From Candidatus Poribacteria bacterium (GTDB taxonomy: Bacteria; Poribacteria; WGA-4E; UBA9662), in assembly GCA_046582655.1 (NCBI GenBank), contig JAYGDX010000014.1, forward strand, positions 1-64,000: a stretch of 64,000 nt of DNA, in the 5' to 3' direction. The position numbers and the translations under genes were made by a program. The notes beneath the pieces are model-generated. The model searched no databases. It was not told where the DNA came from and saw only the letters and a list, made by a program, of their open reading frames with translations. Each line of letters opens with the position of its first letter. The stretch's first letter is position 1. This document shows, one piece after another, positions 10,202 through 20,189 of the stretch.

Positions 10202-11521
10202 TCAAACGGATTTGATCTTTCTTACAGTTTCCAGATAGGTTCGAATTTGCTGTTCATAGCCGATGTTGGTCGGCTGGTAATAGGTAGCACCCTGCAATTC
10301 TTCCGGAAGATGTCCTTGATTGGCAACGTGATTAGGCATCTGATGATCGTATTGATACCCTTGCCCATGACACAACTCTTTCATCAACTGGGTTGGTGCG
10401 TTGCGCAAGTGCAAGGGAACTGGATAAGCGGGTTTCTGTCTTACCTCTTCTTGAGCAGCTAGTAGTGCTTGGTAGGCGGCGTTGCTCTTAGCTGCACAAG
10501 CCAAATAGATAGTAGCATGGGCCAGATTGAGTTGTGCTTCCGGCAGACCGACATACTCAACTGCTCGCGCAGCAGCATCAGCAATGAGCAAGGCGTGCGG
10601 ATCAGCCAAGCCAATATCTTCCGAAGCCAGAATCACCAGTCGGCGTGCGATGAAACGGGCATCCTCACCACCTTCCAACAACCGCGCCAACCAATAAATA
10701 GCTGCGTCTGGATTGGAACCACGCACACTTTTGATTAAAGCTGAGATTAGGTCGTAATGTGAATCTCCTCGTTTGTCATGCCGTAAGATCCGTTTTTGAA
10801 CAGCTTCCTGAATCTGGTCAGGCTGAATTCGGCGTCGTTGCTGTGCATCAGGTTGACAGGTTTGTACGGCTAATTCCAGCGCATTGAGTGCCAGACGAAT
10901 GTCACCACCAGCCAATAGTACCAGCGACTGCTCCCCTTCCTCTGTCAGGTCGACCTGCATGTGACTCAGATCGGTATCGTTCAATGCCCGTTGAATCAAT
11001 TGTTTAACATGATGCGGTTCCAGCGGCCGGAAAGGATAAACCTGCATCCGTGACAGTAAAGCATCATTAATTTCAAAGGACGGGTTCTCGGTAGTGGCAC
11101 CGATCAGTCTAATCGTTCCATCTTCCACAAAGGAAAGGAGGAAATCCTGTTGAGCTTTATTGAAACGGTGAATCTCGTCCAGAAACAGGATGGTGGAGCG
11201 TACTTGAAACTTGGCTGCTTCCTGCACCTGGTTAATATATTTCCTGAGTTCCGGCACACCGGTTGTACCAGCGTTGAGTTGATGGAATTTGGCCTTGGTC
11301 TGATGGGCGAGAATGTAAGCCAACGTTGTTTTTCCACATCCCGGCGGTCCCCAGAGAATGCAGGAAGTCAAATTATCCCGTTCAATAGCCAGACGAATGG
11401 GTTTTCCTGCTCCCAGCAGATGTTCCTGCCCCACAAATTGATCTAGCGTTCGAGCACGCATTCGGTGTGCCAGCGGTCCGGAAACCGGCTGACCAGTGTG
11501 AAATTCCAGTTGATCAGACAT
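10202..11521 (-). CDS. rarA: Replication-associated recombination protein A (AAA+ ATPase, RarA/MgsA)
   Basis: GPPGCGKTT, LFLDEIHRFNKAQQD, GATTENPSF, HYDLISALIKSVRGS, ASEDIGLADP, VPLHLRNAPT. Confidence 0.96.
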   Translation of the reverse strand: MSDQLEFHTGQPVSGPLAHRMRARTLDQFVGQEHLLGAGKPIRLAIERDNLTSCILWGPPGCGKTTLAYILAHQTKAKFHQLNAGTTGVPELRKYINQVQEAAKFQVRSTILFLDEIHRFNKAQQDFLLSFVEDGTIRLIGATTENPSFEINDALLSRMQVYPFRPLEPHHVKQLIQRALNDTDLSHMQVDLTEEGEQSLVLLAGGDIRLALNALELAVQTCQPDAQQRRRIQPDQIQEAVQKRILRHDKRGDSHYDLISALIKSVRGSNPDAAIYWLARLLEGGEDARFIARRLVILASEDIGLADPHALLIADAAARAVEYVGLPEAQLNLAHATIYLACAAKSNAAYQALLAAQEEVRQKPAYPVPLHLRNAPTQLMKELCHGQGYQYDHQMPNHVANQGHLPEELQGATYYQPTNIGYEQQIRTYLETVRKIKSV

Positions 11522-11527
11522 TTTGCT

Positions 11528-12289
11528 CTAGACCATTACTTGGCGAACGGCAGGAAACTCACGCCAAATGTCAGTATACGCTTCGTACCCGTTTTCAGCA
11601 CATTCTACGTGCCGCAAGCGGGCAATAGCAGCGTAACGGACATCGGGAGATATATTAGGGCCGCCACAGTGGGCGGATTGATGGTGAGCTACAATCAGGT
11701 CACCGGCTTCACCGGTTACTTGTACCGCTTCACAGGGAAGATCCAGCCGCGGCATGCCGTTGGCCAGTACTTGATATCCCTCTTTTTTAAAATAATCCTC
11801 AAAGAAGCTATGTGATTTGGGCCAAACGGTGAAATTTCCAAAATTTTCATCTGGTACATCCGAGAGATAAACAACAGCAAAGATGGTGAACCCGCGTCGA
11901 TATACACCTTTAGCCATACTGTTGCTGCCGCTTCCTAGGCCGTCGAGATGTCCCCCCGGTTTTGTAGCTTCTGACCCAAGTTGCAAAGGAAAACGCAGGG
12001 CGATTTGCGCTCCACTGCAGGGCAACACATTATCTGTTCCCATTAAGGCTTCCGCTACTTGCATCACCGGCGTTCTGTTGAATAAATCGGTCAACACCGG
12101 ATTTTCCTTCAGTTCGTTGCAGAAGGCCGGAGCCAAATATTTTTCTTCATCGGCCTGATGTTTACCAATAGATCCAATAGAATGGTTAATAGCTTGTCGG
12201 GCGGCATCCACCATCAGTTGGGGAACCGCACCGGCGACTTTTAAAAAACCGTTTCGGTAAAACTCTTGTTTTTGCGATTGTGTTAGCAT
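11528..12289 (-). CDS. PhyH-family dioxygenase
   Basis: LTQSQKQEFYRNGF, GHLDG, GNFTVWPKSH, AGDLIVAH...AH. Confidence 0.88.
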   Translation of the reverse strand: MLTQSQKQEFYRNGFLKVAGAVPQLMVDAARQAINHSIGSIGKHQADEEKYLAPAFCNELKENPVLTDLFNRTPVMQVAEALMGTDNVLPCSGAQIALRFPLQLGSEATKPGGHLDGLGSGSNSMAKGVYRRGFTIFAVVYLSDVPDENFGNFTVWPKSHSFFEDYFKKEGYQVLANGMPRLDLPCEAVQVTGEAGDLIVAHHQSAHCGGPNISPDVRYAAIARLRHVECAENGYEAYTDIWREFPAVRQVMV

Positions 12290-12415
12290 GGTTGTGTCTC
12301 TCCTAAGTCAAGAATAGTCATCAAGGTTTTTCTCAAGCGAAAATTAACTTTTTGTTCCTGCTGTGCTGACAAGTTCCTCACCTTCCAGGATGCTTTTAGC
12401 TAGATTCCACTGAAA

Positions 12416-12449
12416 CGTTTACCATGCCATCGCGTTTACCATGCCATCG
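12416..12449. repeat. Perfect 17-bp tandem duplication CGTTTACCATGCCATCG x2
   Basis: Copies at 12416-12432 and 12433-12449, intergenic. Confidence 0.9.
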
Positions 12450-12668
12450 GTATGGAGACGTTACTGAGTTAATCAAAGGAAACAACTCACCCCCAACCTA
12501 AAAACCATACATAACTGGTCATGCAAGATACCTTGGCTGTTTCCAACTATTATGGCTTACTTTTTCTGACTCCTATAATGACTCATTTTATAACCAATAT
12601 ATTTTTAAGTAAAGGCTTTATTCTGTCAACTGTTTATCATCTCAAAATGCTTTAATCGGTAAGTACGT

Positions 12669-14009
12669 CTAGTACGGCTTTGTCAACAGGGCACCCCGAT
12701 TATGGTTATCCAAAAAAGTTTGATAGAGATGAGGACGTCTTTGCATCCAGTTGATACTGCGAAAACATCCTTTACTAGCCGGCCGGTATCCGTCGGAAAT
12801 GTTGATTATAGCTTGAATAAACTCTTTTTCACCATGGTTCCAAGCCAGTACATTACCCAACCGATCAATAATGCAACTGCCTTCCGTCCGATTAACCGCT
12901 ACTACCATACAAACCTGATTATCCATAGCGCGAGTCTGCATAATTCCTCGGAACCGACCGGGATCGAAGACACGCAATCCCGGTTGCCAGGCACGATGAT
13001 CACCCATTATCGGCAGTAACAGGAAATCAGCACCATTCAAACCCACCATACGCGAAGATTCGGTAACAGAACTATCCATGCAAATATTACAGCCAATTCG
13101 TCCTATTTCGGTTTCAAAGACCGGAAATCCTTCACCAGGCAGGATTCCGCTTTCAATCTCCCCACCAACGGCTAAGTGCACTTTTCTGTATAAGCCGTCA
13201 ACCTGGCCATTTGGGTTGATCAAGACAGCACTATTATAAACGGCATCGTCATCCCGTTCTAGCATACCCAGCATAATCCGTAACTGGTATCGTCGTGCAA
13301 TGTCGGCAAAAACTTCGGTTTCCGGTCCAGTCACCGGCACAGCCAGATCGATCGGACTCCCCTTTATTCCCCATTGCAAGGCGATTTCCGGCAAAACGAT
13401 CAATGACGGGTTTTCTTGGCTAGCCGCTTCACATAAGGGAGCATAGAAAGAAATATTGTCATCAATGGTTCTAAATGGACCTTGACGCTGGTTGTTTTTA
13501 CCCGTCACTACAGCAATCTTGATCGACTGAAGCATGTGGGTAGGTATCTCATCGGTCGAAATTTCCTCTATCCGTGGTAGAGACCAGGTGGACGATCCCT
13601 TGGTTGACCAACGCAAGGTACAGCGTAGGGTCAAAGGAACGTTATCTTGCTCTGGTGATAAGCATCGTTGAAAACGCATAATCTGTTTGTTGACCTGTTC
13701 CGGTAACAGGTAGTCCCAACCAGTTACCTTTGGGTTTCCGGTGTTGGTGTCGGTAGGGGACAGTTCACCCCAATAGGCGGCACAGCGAATGATATCATGC
13801 GGATTGTCGATTTCGATTTGTTCGGCATTGGCCTCTATCAGGTACGTCTTTCCAGCTTTTGCACCGACAAATGTCATTTGCCAGCCACCGACACAGGTAC
13901 GTGTCCCGTTAGCACGAATTATCAAGCGGTTGCCATCACGCTCAGTCAATGGTGCTGCTGAGGGGTGTGGGGCCCAAGGTTGAATGGTTTCCAATTTCAA
14001 ATTTGTCAT
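12669..14009 (-). CDS. Carbon-nitrogen hydrolase (nitrilase superfamily) with N-terminal extra domain
   Basis: Triad LPE / YRKVHL / ICMD; about 160-aa N-terminal extension; ATG 14009 follows GGAG (TTG 14021 is an alternative). Confidence 0.88.
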   Translation of the reverse strand: MTNLKLETIQPWAPHPSAAPLTERDGNRLIIRANGTRTCVGGWQMTFVGAKAGKTYLIEANAEQIEIDNPHDIIRCAAYWGELSPTDTNTGNPKVTGWDYLLPEQVNKQIMRFQRCLSPEQDNVPLTLRCTLRWSTKGSSTWSLPRIEEISTDEIPTHMLQSIKIAVVTGKNNQRQGPFRTIDDNISFYAPLCEAASQENPSLIVLPEIALQWGIKGSPIDLAVPVTGPETEVFADIARRYQLRIMLGMLERDDDAVYNSAVLINPNGQVDGLYRKVHLAVGGEIESGILPGEGFPVFETEIGRIGCNICMDSSVTESSRMVGLNGADFLLLPIMGDHRAWQPGLRVFDPGRFRGIMQTRAMDNQVCMVVAVNRTEGSCIIDRLGNVLAWNHGEKEFIQAIINISDGYRPASKGCFRSINWMQRRPHLYQTFLDNHNRGALLTKPY

Positions 14010-14118
14010 ACATGGCTCCAATCGGCGGACAGGGGTTTCAAACTATCAAAGCAACGTTCGATACAGATTCATATTCAATCTTGGCCTGGCAGAAAACTGT
14101 GAGTCTTTGAAAAAAAGG

Positions 14119-14147
14119 ATTATCTAGCATCTGGATGTATCAGTCAA
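14119..14147 (-). promoter_or_regulatory. Putative sigma70 promoter for the C-N hydrolase gene
   Basis: TTGACT-17 nt-GATAAT on the minus strand. Confidence 0.45.
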
Positions 14148-14280
14148 GCAATTTTGTAGTTAAGTGGATTAAATCTAAAAACGAAGGGGCCCAACCTGAT
14201 GGTAGGGTGGTTACCACGTTATTCTGGAATTAAACATGGGGAAATTGGATGTTTCCAATCGGGTTTGATCACCCATCCTA

Positions 14281-15036
14281 TCAGTTTCGAAGGCGGGTAG
14301 ACTGGAACTTCAGGCGGCCCCAAGCAGTGGGCAAATGGTGATCTTTAATTTTCACGTCCAAAGTTAAACGATGTTCTGCCAACTCAAATATCTCTTCGTT
14401 AATAGTTTTATAGCGAATAGGGCCAATATTGGGTGCCAGCCACATATAACTAAGAAAGGTCTTTTTACGCTCTTTTCTTAAACGGTCAGATTCTTCCGAG
14501 ATGCGCATAACTCGGCGAAAAAGTCCAGCTTTGACTTTCAGGGTTTCCATACTAACCACTTTGAAACGTGTATCTAAGGTTTCAACTTTGGCTTTCTTGC
14601 CACCTAACCGCTGTCCCGAGGTATCCCACTTCTTTTCTGGTCGTACTAGTTGGGGTAAAAAGAGTTGTTCCGACTCATAGGTGTAGACTGTGGATTTGAT
14701 TTTGCCGTTCTTCCGTTTTTTGTACTGAACCATGTATGATTGTTTCAATCCTTTTGGAGCTCTAATCAGAAAATGTGCCCTAGAATTCACCTGATCGTAG
14801 ACCACCACAGCGCCAGAATCCAGTTTGACCTTCATCCTCTTATTTTGTTTTTTGCCATTTCGATTGATCTGCAGTCCTTCTTCTTGAGACACGATTTGGA
14901 CCAGTCGTTCCTGATTCCCGTCACGACTGCGGAAAACCCAGGTGTTACCAACTGAGAAGGGAAAATAATCCTGTGCCACTGACTGGCAGACGATGACCAG
15001 TCCAAGGAAGCAAATGAATCTGATTGTTAGTTTCAT
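14281..15036 (-). CDS. Secreted hypothetical protein with C-terminal LPTAWGRLK tail
   Basis: Signal peptide, YFPFSVGNTWVF, ETLKVKAGLF...WLAPNIG, tail DVKIKDHHLPTAWGRLK. Confidence 0.8.
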   Translation of the reverse strand: MKLTIRFICFLGLVIVCQSVAQDYFPFSVGNTWVFRSRDGNQERLVQIVSQEEGLQINRNGKKQNKRMKVKLDSGAVVVYDQVNSRAHFLIRAPKGLKQSYMVQYKKRKNGKIKSTVYTYESEQLFLPQLVRPEKKWDTSGQRLGGKKAKVETLDTRFKVVSMETLKVKAGLFRRVMRISEESDRLRKERKKTFLSYMWLAPNIGPIRYKTINEEIFELAEHRLTLDVKIKDHHLPTAWGRLKFQSTRLRN

Positions 15037-15151
15037 CTCTTATTCCAAAGTATTTCTTACTGACAAACTGACTTAGCTATAACCTAAACTTTCATTATGG
15101 ATACAAACGAGATTTTTCATCGAGGTAGCTGTTAAAAATTGGCTGTTTCAG

Positions 15152-16129
15152 TTAGCGTAACTGCCCTTGATGCCCACTCTCAATTGCTTGGCAAAGATCC
15201 ATCGTATAAACAAGATCTTCCAAAGAACTCCAGGGTGCTGTATCGTTGAGAATACAGTCGGCAAAATGACGTGTCTCGTTAAAGTCAGTGCCACCGACAG
15301 CATCCAGATTTAAAGGTGTTTCACATTTCCTGCCATCGAGATAGAGCGTGATCTTCGACAAGGCTGTTAGATCTAGATAAGCCGACATGTTTTCAGCATG
15401 GACCTCTGCCGTTTGTACTCGGTACCCAACGCCATAATGGCTCATCATAGTGCCGCGGCAACCGTTATCGAAAGTAATGATGGCATTATAGCGTGGAGTT
15501 CCTTCTCTGTCACCATGCCAAGAATGGGCGTAAACTTCGGTTGCCTGAGCAGCCTCAGTTGGTGTTCTTCCCGACATCCAACGAAGAAGGTCAACGTGGT
15601 GAATTGCGTCACAGATAATCTCTGGAGGTGCGACTTCCCGAATCCCAGGCCGTCTCAACCCCGACGGTGGTTTATGATAGTCTGCCGATACCTGAACCGC
15701 TCCACCACGTTCTTGAAGCAATTTCCGTATAGCCAAAACTTCCGGCTTGTAACGCCGGTTAACGGAAACGATGGCTATGCCTTTGCTCTGCCGAGCAACT
15801 TCTAGCATTTGTCGTGTTTCTTTGGGGTTCATTCCCGGTGATTTCTCAATTGAGGTGTGGAGATCCCGTCCCAAGCATTCCAACACGATCGGCAACAGGT
15901 GTCCAGGCATAGTGACAACATAAACGAGATCCAAGTCAACTTGGTCTAACATCTGCCGGAAATCTGTAAAAACAAATTGAGGTTGATGGTCGGTCTGGGC
16001 CTTTTGTAAGCGGTCAGCGTCCATCTCAGCCACCGCCACCAGTTTCATTCGCGGTTCATTCTCTATCATAGAGAAGTGGCTCTGAGCATGCCCACCACAA
16101 CCGATAACACCAACTTTTAACTCCGCCAT
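15152..16129 (-). CDS. Gfo/Idh/MocA oxidoreductase
   Basis: VGVIGCGG, IEKSP, DAIHHVD. Confidence 0.9.
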   Translation of the reverse strand: MAELKVGVIGCGGHAQSHFSMIENEPRMKLVAVAEMDADRLQKAQTDHQPQFVFTDFRQMLDQVDLDLVYVVTMPGHLLPIVLECLGRDLHTSIEKSPGMNPKETRQMLEVARQSKGIAIVSVNRRYKPEVLAIRKLLQERGGAVQVSADYHKPPSGLRRPGIREVAPPEIICDAIHHVDLLRWMSGRTPTEAAQATEVYAHSWHGDREGTPRYNAIITFDNGCRGTMMSHYGVGYRVQTAEVHAENMSAYLDLTALSKITLYLDGRKCETPLNLDAVGGTDFNETRHFADCILNDTAPWSSLEDLVYTMDLCQAIESGHQGQLR

Positions 16130-16280
16130 CTTCTAACCCTGTTATTTATAGTAGCCATACTCATCAAAGTTCTAGCTGGGAGGCAGCTAAACTATGTAAA
16201 CATATGTGCCTCAAAATCCCCAACTCCCAGCTTCGATCTTCAAAGGATGAGTAATGCACAATTTACAATCATGATACCTT

Positions 16281-17102
16281 TCAACTTATGTAAGAGGTAA
16301 CAACTTCCTGGATCTCGGCCAAACTATCCCATTCACTACCAGCACTATCAAATATTAATGAATATGGACCATCAAACTCGGCTTCAGCAGCCAAATTCAT
16401 ACACTGTGTGAACTCGTCGCGGAGCATCTCACCAGCTACAGGCCACTCGGCTTTAGCGTGTACTGAGGTGGCTCTGGGCAGGATAGCCGATAGTTCGGTG
16501 TACTTATCATCTCCTTTGAAGTTACCGAAATCAGCGCAGAGACCGATGTCTTCCGGGCATAGATCTAATATGGCCAGCAGATGATCAGCTCGTTTGCCAA
16601 TCTGACGAAAGTTTTCGGTAGTAACTTTGACACCCAATTTCTTACCGAACTTCGCCAAAGAGGCTAAATTTTTGGCACTCAACTGAATTGCTTCATGATG
16701 GTGAGCATCATCAGTCTGAATATCGGTACAACCAGCGATTACCCGCGCGTGGCTAGCACCACACTTACCTGCTATCTCGATCCAGAACCGAATTTGCTCC
16801 ATCTCTTTCTGGCGTTGTTCTGGATCTGGGTGCGTAATATCCCCCTCATCGATCAGTACACTGAATAGTTCGACACCCGCTTCGTTCAGTGAAGCACACA
16901 AGCTGTCAATGTAGTCGTCATCAATCTGTGGGAAATGAAAGTGGCAGATTTCCAGTGTTTTAATCCCGCGATCAGCGATTTTGGCTGGTAGTTCCAGCAA
17001 TGAAATGTCACCGTTCTCTGTAGTTGAACCGTCCAATTTGTGAAAGACAGAACCCAGTGCTCGGTGTAAACTCCATGATGAAATGGACAATCTAGCTGAC
17101 AT
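16281..17102 (-). CDS. Sugar phosphate isomerase/epimerase (xylose isomerase-like TIM barrel)
   Basis: SISSWSLH, TTENF, CADFGNF, VHAK; ATG 17102 follows an AAGGAG RBS. Confidence 0.85.
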   Translation of the reverse strand: MSARLSISSWSLHRALGSVFHKLDGSTTENGDISLLELPAKIADRGIKTLEICHFHFPQIDDDYIDSLCASLNEAGVELFSVLIDEGDITHPDPEQRQKEMEQIRFWIEIAGKCGASHARVIAGCTDIQTDDAHHHEAIQLSAKNLASLAKFGKKLGVKVTTENFRQIGKRADHLLAILDLCPEDIGLCADFGNFKGDDKYTELSAILPRATSVHAKAEWPVAGEMLRDEFTQCMNLAAEAEFDGPYSLIFDSAGSEWDSLAEIQEVVTSYIS

Positions 17103-17129
17103 ATTAATCTCCTTCAAAAATATATGGAT

Positions 17130-18224
17130 TCATGGTATTAGTTGAACTTTAATCGAATCGGTACCTTTCTGAACCATTTCGAAGGCCTCAACATATTTTT
17201 CCAATGACAACTGATGAGTAACGATTTGTCCCACATCGATCATGCCGCGATGAATGTAGTCAATGGCTAATGGGTAAGCATGCGGACCAAGATGTGCTCC
17301 ATGAATATTAAGTTCTTTGGTATCACCGATGATGGTCCAGTCAACTGTTACCGGTTCGCGCATAACACTGAACTCAACGAAAGTCCCTGCTTTACGGATC
17401 ATGCGCAACCCTTGTTCAACAGCGCTTGGATGGCCGGTAGCTTCGATGTAGACGTCACAACCGTAGCCATCGGTCATTTCCAGAACCTGTTCCACCACAT
17501 CAGTTTTACTTGGATTGAGACTGATGTCGGCCCCTAGTTTTTCGGCTATCTGCAACCGCTTGTCGACCAGATCCACTGAGATCAATCTACCCGGGTTTTT
17601 TAAGCGGGCAGCCCCGACCATGCCCAATCCTAACGTTCCAGCCCCAGCAATCACTACTACATCGCCGAACTCTATCTCTCCTCGTTGAACAGCATGAATT
17701 GAACAGGATAGCGGTTCAATGACAGCCGCATGTGACGGTGGAATCTCGTCGGGGACCTTGTGAATAATCGATCGTGCGGGGAACTTCATGTACTTAGCCA
17801 TACCGCCATTAACCACCTGCTGGAAACCGAAGATATTGTGGATCTTGCAGAGCCAGTATTTTCCGGTCTGACAATAACGGCAATCCCAACAAGGGACTAT
17901 CTGTTCAGCGATAGCCGTATCGTTGATCTGCAAACCATATTTTTCTGTCACACCTTGACCGAGTTGCACCACTTTTCCCGTAAATTCATGTCCTGCTATT
18001 ACGGGGCCTTCAACGTAGGGAACCCTATGTTCATCACCCCAAAACAGCGGCGCGCCAGTGTAACACTTCATATCGCTGGCACAGACACCACAGACTTCTA
18101 CCTGAATCACCACTTCGCCAAGTTCAGCTTCAGGGACAGGAACCTCTTCCAACCGATAGTCGTAAGGACCATGACAGACCACAGCTGGCATCGTTTTTGG
18201 TAATTCAACACCCGTCATCATCAC
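17130..18224 (-). CDS. eltD: Zn-dependent polyol dehydrogenase, erythritol/L-threitol dehydrogenase-like
   Basis: CASDMKCYTGAPLFWGD...GHEF, CxxCxxC structural Zn site, GAGTLG, DWTIIGDTKELNIHG; symbol assigned by recognised similarity to EltD. Confidence 0.75.
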   Translation of the reverse strand: MMMTGVELPKTMPAVVCHGPYDYRLEEVPVPEAELGEVVIQVEVCGVCASDMKCYTGAPLFWGDEHRVPYVEGPVIAGHEFTGKVVQLGQGVTEKYGLQINDTAIAEQIVPCWDCRYCQTGKYWLCKIHNIFGFQQVVNGGMAKYMKFPARSIIHKVPDEIPPSHAAVIEPLSCSIHAVQRGEIEFGDVVVIAGAGTLGLGMVGAARLKNPGRLISVDLVDKRLQIAEKLGADISLNPSKTDVVEQVLEMTDGYGCDVYIEATGHPSAVEQGLRMIRKAGTFVEFSVMREPVTVDWTIIGDTKELNIHGAHLGPHAYPLAIDYIHRGMIDVGQIVTHQLSLEKYVEAFEMVQKGTDSIKVQLIP

Positions 18225-18226
18225 CT

Positions 18227-19078
18227 CTATTGCGGATAGTCATTAGCATCTTCACAATCAAGTAAATTAAGAAAAGTCGTCAGGTCTGGACGCCCTACGG
18301 CAGCTGCGCGATCATCGAACATTTTCTGGATTTCTTCGTTCCACGGACCACGTGCGCGACGATCCTGATTCCAATCAACAATCTCGTGACGACTCTTATC
18401 GATTTTTGATCGTAGCCATTGCAGTAGGTCTGGCAAGTCGGATCTGCGGTCAACACCATCCACAAGTTCGGTCTCGGTCAAATCAAGGAACTGCATGGTG
18501 TTGACATCTAGACCGGAGTTGGCACCGAATTTGTATTCACCCAATTTACCGTTCAAAAAAGCTTTAGTCTTGCTAACCAAACGTCCTAAACAAACGACAC
18601 CTAGGATACCTCCGGAATGGGCACTCAGTGGTGAACCAACGGTCAAGTCGGAAGGAATGCCAAAGTCGTGCATATCCTCAGCGTCTAACATGTCCGGCAT
18701 AGTGGTAATTTCCGGTTGACCAACAATCAGTTTACGTTCTTCGAACCCTCGGCGATAGGTTTCGTCCGGTGGTTTTCGATCACGCTCTACCGCATTGAAA
18801 GCTTTAATCTGATCGAGATTGATACTCGAAACCGCCCGTATTCCGGTTTCAGCGGCTTGGTCATTCTTAGCCTTTTCAACGATTTTCAGAAATGTGTCTT
18901 CACTTAACCCCAGTGATGTTAGTGTTCGCTGGTCACGACCAGATTCTTGACCAGCCTTGTATTCCCCTAAAGTGTTGTTGAGACGAGCACGGGCTTTATC
19001 GATCATCCTTGCGGCGTTCATCATGCCCAAGATACCAACGTGATACGGGCTACGTGGGGCTCTTTGGCTTAGATCCAT
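18227..19078 (-). CDS. Tandem DUF5069-like domain protein
   Basis: PRSPY...ARMIDKARA...LGEY repeated as LGRLVSKTKA...LGEYKFG. Confidence 0.75.
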   Translation of the reverse strand: MDLSQRAPRSPYHVGILGMMNAARMIDKARARLNNTLGEYKAGQESGRDQRTLTSLGLSEDTFLKIVEKAKNDQAAETGIRAVSSINLDQIKAFNAVERDRKPPDETYRRGFEERKLIVGQPEITTMPDMLDAEDMHDFGIPSDLTVGSPLSAHSGGILGVVCLGRLVSKTKAFLNGKLGEYKFGANSGLDVNTMQFLDLTETELVDGVDRRSDLPDLLQWLRSKIDKSRHEIVDWNQDRRARGPWNEEIQKMFDDRAAAVGRPDLTTFLNLLDCEDANDYPQ

Positions 19079-19100
19079 TTGGTTTTCCTTTCCTAAAGTA

Positions 19101-19943
19101 TTAAATGTTCAATTCTTGCATGAGCTGTCGCACGTATTTGACATCTTCTGCCACTAATGTATTGGTTGGCTTTAGATGGTGTTCGACCAAGTGGAAAAAG
19201 GAACGATACTCAGCATGGATACTGATCGGATCGGTGTATTGTGTCGCTTTCAAAGCAGATAACACCATTGGAAGATCAAGCATACCATCCTTTAATGGTA
19301 CCCAGATCGGCTTGAAAGTTAGTCGACCAGTTTTTGGATGCGAAAAATATTCCTGCCTCGGACTTTTAAAATTAACACTGTGCAGATAATCGCCTAACAA
19401 ACCGATGGCTAGTGAAACCGGTTCGCCCGAAAGCGTCAGATGTCCAGGATCATACTGGACACCGACCCATCGAGGATCACAATCTTGCAACATCAACAGA
19501 CAGGAACTAATGTTAACATCCAGTGTATTGCCACTATGGTTCTGGATAGCTCCTTTAACCCCATGCTTTTCTAGTAAGGTTTGGAAGTCAACTAAATTCT
19601 TACGTGCTGTATCTAGCAATTGGTGGGGATCTGTTCCTTCCGAAATATGATAACCACCAATACGGATCTTTTTAACGCCAACAGAGTTGATTGTTTCCAA
19701 TAGCCGTTCGGTTTCATCATTCGATTCACGGAGTCCAGTTACTAGGCGCGCCAGCTTCAGTCCATGATCTTCAAAAACCCGTCTTACCTCTGGCAGCTTG
19801 TCGATCCCCGTTTGATGCGTGATTGGCGCGTTGGGACGACAAGGCAGATCGACCCCTTCGAACCCCAGATTCTTGATATTCCTTGCCAATTCTGGTAGCG
19901 GTAGATCTTGGCACCATTTACAAAATGCTATGAGATCATACAT
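19101..19943 (-). CDS. Sugar phosphate isomerase/epimerase (TIM barrel)
   Basis: GFEGVDL, QNHSG, YDPGH, ISIHAEY. Confidence 0.87.
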   Translation of the reverse strand: MYDLIAFCKWCQDLPLPELARNIKNLGFEGVDLPCRPNAPITHQTGIDKLPEVRRVFEDHGLKLARLVTGLRESNDETERLLETINSVGVKKIRIGGYHISEGTDPHQLLDTARKNLVDFQTLLEKHGVKGAIQNHSGNTLDVNISSCLLMLQDCDPRWVGVQYDPGHLTLSGEPVSLAIGLLGDYLHSVNFKSPRQEYFSHPKTGRLTFKPIWVPLKDGMLDLPMVLSALKATQYTDPISIHAEYRSFFHLVEHHLKPTNTLVAEDVKYVRQLMQELNI

Positions 19944-19970
19944 CTGATTACTACCTCTTACCTCTGCTTA

Positions 19971-19999
19971 ATAATACGACAACCCAAAATAAAAGTCAA
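19971..19999 (-). promoter_or_regulatory. Sigma70 promoter for the 19943-to-16281 operon
   Basis: TTGACT-17 nt-TATTAT on the minus strand, about 28 nt upstream of the start codon. Confidence 0.65.
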
Positions 20000-20090
20000 C
20001 GTCGCTTGACGTACAGTCTCACTGGAAAATTTAATTCGATTCAAATAATCAGGTGGAGAGTCTTTAGATTCAAGTCAAGACGGTTTTCTC

Positions 20091-20120
20091 TTGACACCCT
20101 TATTCCTTCTGCAACAAAAT
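20091..20120 (+). promoter_or_regulatory. Possible divergent sigma70 promoter
   Basis: TTGACA-18 nt-CAAAAT upstream of 20190. Confidence 0.4.
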
Positions 20121-20189
20121 ATGGCGTAATAAGCTAACCCATCTCACTGGCGATAGACAGCAACCAACAAGGAAAGAGCATAAACCGAA

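Noticed and set aside
12416..12449. CRISPR repeat
   Set aside because: Only two adjacent copies, no spacer and no cas genes
16158..16253. SAM-I riboswitch (CTCATC...GTGCC...GATGAG resemblance)
   Set aside because: The resemblance is on the antisense strand, GCAACC and the kink-turn/pseudoknot core are missing, and there is no sulfur-metabolism context
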